From Antedon mediterranea (lineage: Eukaryota; Animalia; Echinodermata), in contig NC_092671.1 in NCBI RefSeq assembly GCF_964355755.1, forward strand, positions 33,304,304 to 33,368,303: 64,000 bases of DNA, given 5' to 3'. Each line of letters opens with the position of its first letter. Within the stretch, counting starts at the first letter, position 1. Of the stretch, positions 52,975 to 64,000 are shown in pieces. The translations under genes and the position numbers were made by a program. The notes beneath the pieces are model-generated. The model was not told the DNA's origin and did no database searches. It saw nothing but the letters and a program-made list of their open reading frames with translations.

Positions 52975-55900
52975 ACTATTAAAGTATCCTTCGTTTTGTA
53001 ATAAGGGTTCTACTGTATGTAGAAAATTTCAAATATAATTGATTTTATATAAAAAAAATAGAATCCTATAAACATATGATGGTAAGATAAAATAATAATA
53101 ACAGACATATATGTATACGAAATGTTCTATCAATCATACATATTACCATTATGTAGCCATTAGCCTCTTCTGTTATGATTTTGTGTAAATAAATCATATC
53201 TGATGAGCTGTGTGATTGATAGTTACTATTGATTCATCATTACAACTAATGACCACCATTAAAATAACAAACAATTAAGACTACTGTTTAAGAAAAGGCA
53301 ATTAATATTGTACCCTCATCACTTAAGATGCATTATGAAATTCTAAGTAAAGTAAATACCGATATTCAAGCGTTCCCCCAGTCTCACTAATAGATGCCCT
53401 GCAACCAAATAGTAAGCCTAGTAACTGAAATTACCCTCTTTAATGAGTTAACAACCTGCAGGGCATTCTGGACCAGATGTAGTTATAAGGCTTGCAGTGA
53501 TTACAGCCAATATTACTTCTTTACATTGAAAATAATCTTCTGTTATTAAGACAATGAATTAGAATCCATCGATGACAACGATGCAACAAGGATATCGACT
53601 GGGATTTCAATGGTCACAAATAAGTTCAATATGTTTCTAATGCGCCTACTTAAATGCACGTGGAAATGAGCAAAGGGTCTTACAGTTAGCGAGAAACGTG
53701 TACAATACGTTTTAATAAACTAAGCCTTAGGGATAACCAGTTGAGTAGGTTAATTTCATTACTGTTCTGTGTATACAACATATAGTATGTTTCTTGTTTG
53801 AAACCCACACACATAACATGATATGATTGGCTACTCAAATTTTAATTCTTGGATATATAGTTTCTTTTAAATTAAGGTTTGTAATATAGAAACAATTTAT
53901 ATATATTTGTCATTTAAACTGAGTGAAGAATACATATCTCCTCCAAATTACCAGTTCAACTATCTCAAGTTATGTTTGGTTTTGGTATGCTTGTATTAAA
54001 ACTAACATTGTATTTTTCTTTGAATAGGCCATTTAATGCAACATAAATACATATAAATAAAATATAAATCAAAAATTTGAACTAACAAACTATCATTATA
54101 AAGTAAATTATTGACCTAAAAAAACTGAAATCAAATGGGAAAAATAGTCAACAAGAATTGTCTGCATACCTGGTTTCTTGTTAAATTTATCAATTTATTT
54201 TGTATTTTATAAGCAAAATAATTATTTTTTTATGTTTTTTTTTCCTGAAAAAGTGGAAAACTTTATTGAAACTACAAAATGACTTATTTCAAAGTTTGAT
54301 TTTATTCTTCCTTATCTTTCATTATTTTTGTTCAGGGTTTTCTTTCTTCAAAATTTTATTAAAACTTCAAAATTGTTAATTCAATGTTTCATATATTTTT
54401 TTGGGTGAAAATACATATTTAAGATAATATGACTGAAAAAAAATTATGTAACAGAAGACCTATTAAATGTCAGGATTCCTTTGGGTAAATAAACAACTGT
54501 GACATTACAATTATTAAGTATATTTCAGGTAATATGAAGACAGCAAGATTATGTCACTTGTAACTGCATTTGTAAAACCTGAACTGTAAACACTTGTCAT
54601 ATGTATAAAGTATATTGTATATTGCATAATAACAATGTCAAATCAATTTCTCTAACACTTGACTATGTCTAAACATAGGGCATGCCCACTAACGACATCA
54701 GGGGACAATGATAAAATGCTGTCTTAACACAGTAGTAAAATACGCAACAGATCAATGTGAACAAGATTCCCACGTGACTACTCAGCCCGAGGAGTCTACA
54801 TGTGCAACATCAGGTTCTGTGTTTTCACTAACTGCATACAAGTAACAATCTTTTTGCTGAAGAAAAGTTTTTTCCTATAATGATTTTTAAGAGCAAATTG
54901 AAGTTTAAACTTTCTATATTTTAAAATCATACCAATTACAAAAAAAACAGATTTTTACAGATTACATTTTTCCACACAAGAAGCACAAATCGTCATAAAG
55001 CTAGACTAGTTAGGTCTAGTTACCATTACTAGACTAATGGTTCCTAGTTTAAAAAGCACAATTCAGGAACATTTCAAACCCTCGAACCACGAAACAAGCT
55101 TAATTCTTTAAACACATAAAATATATAGATATATTCCTATTACAATTTAGACAGGTGTGGACAGGAAGAGGGGGAGGGGAGGGGAGATGTAGATAGGTGC
55201 GTCCAGGAAGAGGGGATGTGCCAACAGTTGATATTATTATTAAAAAAACAAATCCCCTCTAAAAGTTTAACTATAATTGTAATCTTCTAAAATGTTGACT
55301 TTTCGAATATAAAATTACATAGGTTGTTTAAAGCATTAAAGATAAAATATTAACCTAACTTATTTCCCTGTTTGTGATAATAAATTTCTAACAGGTATAT
55401 CAAATTAAAGTATAGATATAAATCTTTCATGATCACATTTTTATTTTACCTGCAAGCCTAAAAACTCATCTAATAGAAAAGATAAGAAGGAAAAATGATT
55501 TTACAGGAAATAATATTTTAGAATAACATAGTTTGAGCCTTGTCAAAAAAGATAAGATCATATTAATTACTGTATATAACTTCATGTACAATTACTGTTT
55601 CTTTATAAATAATAGTTTATATATACAGTATTCATTACAACAACAAAAATGTTCAGGGGGACAATACATATTAATATAATAAAATATAATTTTTAGCATG
55701 GTTTAATTTTATTTTCAGACAGTTGACCTTTAGATCAGTGGGAGTTACATAAAGTAATTAAAAGTAATGAAACCTAAATATTTATTCATATCAAAAATTA
55801 CATATCTTTTTGATATACAGTATTATTAATTTAATTCTGATTGGCATTTTATGACACAAAATAGAAAGATATATATAAATTCAGATTCATTTACTCATAT

Positions 55901-56691
55901 GTGCAGTGTGATAAATTCCATTTTGTAATAACTTTGTGGAAATTGTTTTTGGTAGAAAGTTGTAAAGAAGTCCAAAACAATAAATACAATCACTATCAAT
56001 CAAACCTTTTTATATTATCTATTTAATTAATTTATCTATCTAATTTCATTATCAACAAATTTCATATACTTTTAGTATATAATTAAATTAGGAAAGAATG
56101 AATAATCATTTACATATAGTTTTTGAAATATGATATTTAAAAAAAACATGAGAATAACTCTCTACATAAAAGACTTTATGAAACTATATACACATTTAAG
56201 ATACTTGCTATTGGATGTGTATGGAGGGTAAACATTGTTATCTTTTGTTATGCAAATGAATGTTTCTAATAATAAAAATAATAATATTATTATATGAATA
56301 TTTTTATTCAAATAAAATATTGCATAACAAAAAAACAAAATAAAATTGGAACAACAAAATATAAATTTTTAGAACTTACAAGATTTCCTAACCCAATGTC
56401 GTGTGCATTCTCATGTGTTCCTCACATTTATTAAAAAACATTTGATATATTAATTTAGAAATATATAGGTTTTAACAATAAATAAAACTCTGAGTTTGAA
56501 AATCAATCTGTTTTATGTCTCTTTTTGAAACTAGACACTCTCAATATAAAGATGAGAATACATGAAGGAACATTCTGAACGACCTTGGTGTAATCAATAA
56601 ATGAGTCAAATTTTATAAGTAGTGAATTTTTTATGTAAGGCGATATGCAGCAACAATATAATTTGAATACCTGATATAGATGCTAATAAAA

Positions 56692-57225
56692 AATGAAAGG
56701 AGAGAATGGTCTAGAATAGTTTGTTCAAGGAGAACAGTAAATGTATTATAAATATAGATACAGATACATTGGTATTTAGTATAATTGTTCTAATAATAAT
56801 TTAATAATGTAGCTCGTCCAAGAATATTGATTATGGGGCGTAGATGGTGAGCATGTAGATGAATTTATTATGTGTACCGGATGGAAATAAATAATGAAAG
56901 GAGAGAATGGTCTAGAATAGTTTGTTCAAGGAGAACAGTAAATGTATTATAAACATAGATACAGATACATTGGAAAGTAGCTCGTCCAAGAATATTCTTT
57001 ATTGTGCGTAGATGGTGCGCATGTAGAGGAAATTATTATGCGTACCGGATGGTAATAAAGAAAGAAAGAGAATAGTAGTATTCAAGGAGAGAGTAAATGT
57101 GTATAAACATAGATACATTGATATTATAGTATAACTGCTCAATAACATAATAGCACAACAATGTAACATCCAATAAAATTGATTATTATGGTGCATAGCC
57201 GGTGCGCATGTAGATGAATTTATTA
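56692..57225. repeat. Imperfect tandem triplication, about 165-200 bp unit
   Basis: aatgaaaggagagaatggtctagaatagtttgttcaaggagaacagtaaatgtattataaa occurs at 56693 and 56893, with a diverged third copy near 57060. Confidence 0.85.
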
Positions 57226-58625
57226 CATTACGCAGAAATGAAGAAATACCTGAAACAAAGGAGAAAGGGATTGATGATGACTTTGTTATATACTGTATCT
57301 GTATTTTTTTTAAACAATTATTCCTATTTTGTGATAGACAATAAGATAAACCTAGTCATCAGCGCTAGCTTGGTGGTCTAGCTGTACGAATGGCATGTTT
57401 AGTGATTTGGAAGTCTTTGGTTTGAATCTGATGATGTTCTTGTTAAACAAATGTATCAGTTTACTGTGATTATTCTTTTATTTTGCTACCGATTTGGATT
57501 ATGAAACTGGACAAGAGATATTTAAATAAAACTTGCCATTAGCACAAGCTCAGTGGTCTATAGGTATGGACACCACATTAGCACTATGCAGGCTATAGGT
57601 TCAAATTTATTCATAAGTCTGGGAAGTCAAGAACATTAATGAACGGAATACTTTAATGGATTGAAAAATAATTATCAAACATTATTTATTTGTATACTGG
57701 TACCATACTATACAGACCATGAAGTTAAATTTAGATTTTGGAAAATGTTGTAAGTTTTAGATTAAGGATATAAAATGGACAATACAAGTCAGGAATGCTT
57801 TAGAAGGTTCCACTGAACATATAATGTCAGATAAACTAATATTAATCTGCAAGTTCATCATCAGAGCTATTTTAGTTTTATAAGAAAATCTAATGCTTGA
57901 CTTAATTTGAACCTACTATCTCAATATTTGAAAGCAATCATCTAACATCCAAAGTTGTAGTACATTTACTAAACCGGAAAATCTCTATAAAGCCAACATA
58001 AAAGTTGGATAATGTTAATTTCCTGAAAACATGTTTTTACCAAGTTATTTGGCATTAAAGGACACTTAGGAAACTTTGTGGTGAACCTGGTAAAGGTGTT
58101 CCAATATGTTTTAGGTCACCGGTTTAATTCTCTCAAACATTCCAAGAATCAACTTTTAACTTTAATTCAACATCACTTTCTAATACTCTATAAATATGGA
58201 ACATCATTAGTAAACTTAAAATTTAAAAATAAAATAATTTTAAAAACTGTTTTGTTTGCCGAATATGCCATTTTAATGTCACATAATAGTTATTCAGTTT
58301 GATAAAAACAAAAATAATAAAATTACTTTTTTTAAAGTGAAATCATTATTTTTTTTTGTTTTTTCCCTATGAGAATGAATAACTTCATTAAAACTGTAAA
58401 AGGGTCTATTCGAAGTCTGATTTTATAAAACATTTTTTTTTCATGAATGACATCTTTAATAGTTTAGTTTTTTTCATGATGAAAACATTTTTGCTGAACC
58501 TTGGCCGCTGTTCTTGGAAAATTAAATTGGTCATTAAATGGTATGCGGGCAACAAATATATAGCATAACAATACATATTGATATTGAGAAGTATTATACT
58601 ACATAGATTATGGATTAGTTCTTAT

Positions 58626-59150
58626 GGGCCTGTTTCTGCTGCATAAAAAATAACCGGTTAAAATCGGTGTGAATAAATTAAAATCGGTGTGAATAAATTA
58701 ACTCCATTAATTAAAGGGAAAGGGATTTGTTGAAGAATTAGGCTAGATAAAAATTATCCTAGGCGATCGGGCGCTGCATGACCCTCCCCATGTTATTGAA
58801 GGAGCCATGAGAATTAATTTTATTAGCGATGGTAAGTAGGCTTTACAAAAAAACAAAACTTGTAGACCTGGAGACAACATTTTATTATTTTAACATGTTG
58901 GAGATGTTCGACGATATACACACGTATGTACTCACGAAGTCGATGTAAACAAACAGCCAACTTACTACTTCCGTCTGAGTGTATTGAATTTTGGGTAATG
59001 ATGACGTTTTGCTCGACGACCACCCATAGATTTAACCGGTTATTTCGGAGCACAAATTGAGCAGAAACGCGGTCTTGTTATTGTTATCTATTTTTAATCT
59101 ATTTCAAAATAACCGGTTAAATTGGGTAATTATGCAGCAGAAACAGACCC
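58626..59150. mobile_element. PIF/Harbinger-like MITE, 525 bp
   Basis: 21-bp TIR GGG[C/T]CTGTTTCTGCTGCATAA and 3-bp TSD TAT. Internal-deletion relative of 22702-24292. Confidence 0.92.
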
Positions 59151-60003
59151 TATGAGACCTATTTCTTTTGAGCAAATACATGTATGGTATATGAACAATG
59201 AGGCCCTGTTGAAGTACTTGGACACTTCAGCCCAGCATGGTCAAGTCTGTCTATACACTTATGATTTGGGCAGGTAAATATAAACACAGCAAATGCTTTG
59301 GGCAAGTTTTAGACCACCTTGCGAGGTGTTTAAAATGAGTTTGGCCGGCAGTAAAATTAGCCAATGACTTCGAAAATGAAGTAAAACGTATAAATACGGT
59401 TGACATAAATAACAGTAGAACCAGTGAAAACCCATATAAAAGGGACACATTCTTATGTTAGGTATCGAAGGTGTCCCCTTAATAGGGGTTTACTGTATTC
59501 ATGGGACACTAGAAACATAAAACCAGAAACTGGACGATCACAAAAGCGCTTTACTATAGACCTACAAGGTCATATCGTGTACCACAAGAGATGCGCCAGT
59601 AAGTAATAAATGTTTGTGAATAACAAGATCTGAATTCCAGCTGAGTTCCTAACCAGTAATAAACTTTTATGTATAATGACAAGGTTACTGTACACTTTGG
59701 CGGGACACTGCACACTGGTTCAACTTTTGAGTGGCATTATCGCAGCTTCTATAATCACATCCATCAGACATCCATTACATGCTTCTAAATGCCATGAACA
59801 TAAAATTGCATTACAATAAAAATGATAATGTATATAAACATGTACTTTTAATGACAACTTGTATATGAGTGTTAATAGGTGTACTTTTTTCCAGATTCTT
59901 CAAAATGATTAAATATATCTAGGGGAAAAAAGAATGTTTTTGGAATAATCAGTTTCTTAATATCGGGAATATTTAGTGAACCTTTACTACAATACTGGAG
60001 TAG

Positions 60004-60265
60004 AGTGGAGTTGTGGCCTGGTGGTTATGATGCTTGGCTGCCAATCCAAGGGTCCTGGGTTCAAGTCCTGTCATATGTCAGGATTTTTTCTAATGACAAT
60101 TTACAACTCCACTCCCAAAGACTTTGTTTATGTAGAGCATTGTGTGTATATGTTTGTCTTGTGAACGGATTGCCACCTTTAAGAAGGATAGTGATTGAAT
60201 TTGCTTATGGTTATCCTTGGCAATTTGCCTAAATATATAAAATAAAATAAATAAATAAATAAAAA
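60004..60265 (+). mobile_element. tRNA(Gly-like)-derived SINE, apparently full length
   Basis: A-box TGGCCTGGTGG, loop CTGCCAA, B-box GGTTCAAGTCC, unique body, (TAAA)n tail. Confidence 0.7.
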
Positions 60266-60317
60266 TACTTATTAAGAGAAGGTGTCCCATTAATAGGGAT
60301 TTTATAATGTTCTCCAG

Positions 60318-60750
60318 CTTGTTCTGAAGTTTGGGAGGAGTGTTCATGACAAATTTAGTGATATTATCCCCAATACCCGTGCTGAAGCGACAGGTAGATC
60401 TCTCAGAAACGCAAACAAAATATCCCAAATTAAATGTAGAACAGAGAGATTTAAGAAGTCCACACTCCCATTCCTGATTAACAATGACCTTATAGTGTAA
60501 TAATATATATATGAAATTCATAATTTTGATAGATAGGCCTACGGATGATTTATAATTTTACTCACAGTTTGTAATTGTATATTCTTTATTTTTTTAAATG
60601 CATTTATGTATATATATATATTTGTTTATATTAGATGTTTATGTAAATTTTACTCGTTTTTTGATATATTTTTTATGTTAATGTTACTGGACGCAATTCA
60701 GTTTTGTACTGCCATGTCCTTGTTTTAATAAACCAGAATAACTAAATAAA
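60318..60750 (+). mobile_element. CR1-group LINE 3' fragment
   Basis: Translates as LVLKFGRSVHDKFSDIIPNTRAEATGRSLRNANKISQIKCRTERFKKSTLPFLINNDLIV*, a typical ORF2 C-terminus, followed by an AT-rich 3' UTR with AATAAA. Confidence 0.75.
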
Positions 60751-62130
60751 TATTATACCAGGTATATCCTTACTAGCTCCTTATTTTATATCAGGATACA
60801 GTCACCCCATTAATGTGGATACCTTCAGGATCTAACAAAGTTTCCACTTGATAGGAATGTCGCCTGAATAAGAGTTGGTCACATAGGTGTGTCCTCAGAA
60901 GGGATGTTCCAAAGGAGGGTATCTACTGGAACTTCTTATATACAGACAGGGGAAGAACCAGTCGATAAAAAGGGTAGCCTATATACATATGGTAGATCGC
61001 CTCCTGTGGGACAATGGACAACCCTATTAATTACGAGGACACTTTCATGTGAAAGAGGAAATACCTCTGACCAACACTCTGGAGAGATCCCTATAAGGAG
61101 ACACGTTGCTGGGTGCTGAAGGTCTCCCCTTATTACAGGTTCTACCATACTATTATAGTATATTACTGTATTTTATAACAAGTATTTCTTTGATCTTTTG
61201 AGGTCAGGATCTTCTTACACATTTTTATTATAATCATAGCAGTTTTTGAGTACTTCCTGTTTGTGGATAAACTTTTAAATCTGCCATTTTCAACCAGGGG
61301 ATTAAATACCATCTCAATTCTGTTGACAGATTTCAATAAGCTGTAAATAGTATCATGACTACAGTACCAACAAGAATGTAATATACAAGATATTTTAGGT
61401 ACTGGATTAATCTCCATTTAAAGACCACTGGGAGTTCAGTCTCTGATAATAATAACTCTATTTTGCAAATTTCATGCAGGAAAAAATTGTGCAATCAATT
61501 GTAAAACATGACATTTTAACAAAGGGTTCACTTGTTCTTTTGAAAAAATGTTGTTAACATTTAATTAAAAGTATTAAATTGATTTTTTGTTTTAAATCAA
61601 TATTATTTAATTAAATTTAATAATTTAAAAAAAATACATAACATATTTTGGACGCTTTAATATATTAGTTAATCATTTTTTTTATACAAACTTAATTAAA
61701 TATAGTTTATTTTAAAAACTGTTTATAAATATATGACTATACAAAAATGTTTCTGTTTACAAAATTTAATTACAAACACTAACAATAATTGTATTAATTA
61801 GTAAATGGAAAATACCATCATTAAATTAGATCATTTATTTAAATATGAATGAGAAATGGGTATGAAGTTACCAGGCAGATTTTTAGTTATTACAAACTGG
61901 TCCATACAATAGTTTACCTTGAATGATTATGATCTATAAAACCTGTTATCCTTACATTCTCATAAAATAAATTATAAAAAAAATGCTAATTGATTGAATT
62001 TAAATTATTCAAGAAATACATAATAAACATATAAACCTTCTATTCATATGTCTTAATATAAAAGTATAGTTGAATATTGATATTATCACAATTTGACATA
62101 TATATATGTTATATTGGCAATATTCAAATA

Positions 62131-62141
62131 AATGTAGGTCA
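62131..62141 (+). promoter_or_regulatory. Consensus ROR/Rev-erb (HR3/E75) response element
   Basis: AATGTAGGTCA matches WAWNTRGGTCA exactly and lies about 280 bp into the candidate first intron. Confidence 0.3.
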
Positions 62142-62421
62142 AATGTACATTTAAAACCACCTTATTAATTCAAATTGTGATAATAAATGCTCCATAAAAA
62201 GAAATAATTTGTTTCGTATATGTAATACAACCTAAATAACAATGAAACCGCTGTAATAAGCATGTTTTTTTAATAGGAGTAATTATAAAATAGGGATTAA
62301 TCCAATTGCTATTCATGAGGCAGATATATTATACCTGGAGTTAAACAAAAGTGTCCCACCCTATAAGCACCATGTTCAACAGAGAGTGAAATCTTAAACA
62401 AATCATCTAAAGTTCACTGAC

Positions 62422-62467
62422 CTGGTCTTCCCATACATCCAAAATCGCATAAAGAATCCACAAACAT
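62422..62467 (-). CDS. Candidate first coding exon segment of the nuclear receptor (MFVDSLCDFGCMGRP)
   Basis: ATG at 62467 with an upstream in-frame TAA, a second in-frame ATG, and a strong donor CAG|gtcagt in phase 1, matching the phase of the 42887 acceptor. Lies in a non-repetitive, less AT-rich stretch (about 62330-62830). No homology evidence. Confidence 0.5.
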
Positions 62468-63601
62468 CGGGTACAATATGACAAGAGCTACAACAGCTTA
62501 TTATCACCAAGACCTCGCATGTATTCCTTCCAATCGACAACCGTAGCAACAAGCAGCAAAGAAAATGACACAAAAGACTATACTTGTACAGTCGCCATTC
62601 TTTCTCTGAACTCACTCAAACAGTCCACAAGAGTCTAGACTTCTACGCACTCGCAAAACGTTCCTCTTATCATATTAGCCCAATTGCATACATTAACCTA
62701 GAAAACTGACCTAATTGCATGTCTTCTTACAGCTAACACTACTCTCAGATTACGTTCTTAAGGGAAAACACATGCCACTTCAGCTTGCCTGGTCAATAAA
62801 AACTTCTACAACAATTGTGGACATATAGTGTACTGGTTTTATTTTTTTCTCTTCCTTTCATGTATGAATATTTATTTATTTTTTTAAAGAATAATTCACA
62901 ATCATTAGAATTGCCATCTGTTTCTTATGTTATTATTTCCTATGGTAACAGATTGATTGATATTAGGCATTCATTTCTTTAATTGACATAAGCAAAATCT
63001 GGAGAAAAAAACTGGGACTGTTGTGTCACCTACAGAACATGTTATAAAAATAATTTATCATTCAATCAAATTTTAGAAATCCTAATTAAAGCATCTGTGA
63101 TTATATTGATATTCTAGTTAAGTAATATTATTTAAAACAAACCCAATAACACCACAGGTGACATAATTGCATTAATATCAGAGTCTATGAATACTATCTC
63201 TATGATAGGATTTAAGATACAATTTCTTTTAAATTAAATCTGATTACTTTAATTAGAATTAATTATTATCTATTATATCATCAATCATTTATTCATTCAA
63301 TTGTTACTATGTATCTCTTTAATCTCTTTAATCTCTTTAATCTCTTTAATAAAAATATACTTTATCACATTATGAAAATAGACATATAAATTATACAATT
63401 GTTTTCCAATAAAAACAATCACTAATGTTAAGTAAAATTTAAAATTGGAAAATATTTACAATATTATTACAAAAAACATAAAAAGATCGAAATATAAAAG
63501 AATAAAACATTTAAAAATAAAGAACGAAATACATTATTCTGCCAGAACAATTAAAACATTTAATATATATATTCTTTACTGCAAAGAGTACACATATCTT
63601 T

Positions 63602-63741
63602 AAAGCTGTGTCTTATTATCAAACTTTATGTTACAAAAAAATGTGATGTACCCATATATGGACATGATGATGTCATATCACTACCATTTTTTAGGATATC
63701 ACACTTTTTTGGTCAAACTAGTTTAATAGTGTAGACAGAGC
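63602..63741. mobile_element. Short (about 140 bp) MITE; second copy begins at 63912 and runs off the window
   Basis: Ends resemble AAAGCTCTGTCTACACTATCAAACT and AGTTTAATAGTGTAGACAGAGC. The interior is shared with 63912-64000, and a degenerate copy lies near 13130-13235. Confidence 0.8.
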
Positions 63742-64000
63742 ATTCAGATTGTCACCAAATAAGTAACAATCTGAATCTTTAATATGTGTTAAAAACAGGA
63801 TTTCCCAGGGATCACACTTTCTGTAATAACTATTAAGGTATTTAAATAATAAATGTTCTTATTAAGTAATATTGTTATATATAGTTTTAGTTTAAATAAA
63901 GTCAAAATCTTAAAGCTCTATCTACACTATCAAACTTTATGTGACAAAACATGTGATGTGCCTATATATAGACATGATGATATAATATCACTACCATATT

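Overview
AT-rich eukaryotic (metazoan, invertebrate-like) genomic DNA; the species cannot be determined from this window. No prokaryotic genes, operons or CRISPR array are present, and almost all ORFs in the supplied track are spurious. The window is essentially the 5' part of one large minus-strand nuclear hormone receptor gene. Its two zinc-finger exons (42799-42887 and 13589-13730) splice in frame across a 29 kb intron to give a complete NR1-type DNA-binding domain (P-box CEGCKG) with mixed RAR-like and TR-like features. A plausible first coding exon lies at 62422-62467, and the hinge and ligand-binding exons probably lie left of the window. The introns are full of non-autonomous transposons: TA-flanked Tc1/mariner-pogo MITEs, Harbinger-, Kolobok-, Zator-, hAT- and Merlin-like elements (often nested), a Helentron-type element, tRNA-derived SINEs, CR1/L2 3' fragments and minisatellites. 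The most unusual non-coding object is a 5S rRNA-headed SINE-like unit (2428->1613, minus strand). It has no Pol III terminator for about 850 nt and ends in 18 copies of a 23-bp repeat whose two variants fit reverse-transcriptase slippage. Superfamily names for transposons are inferred from terminus/TSD signatures only; no database search was run.
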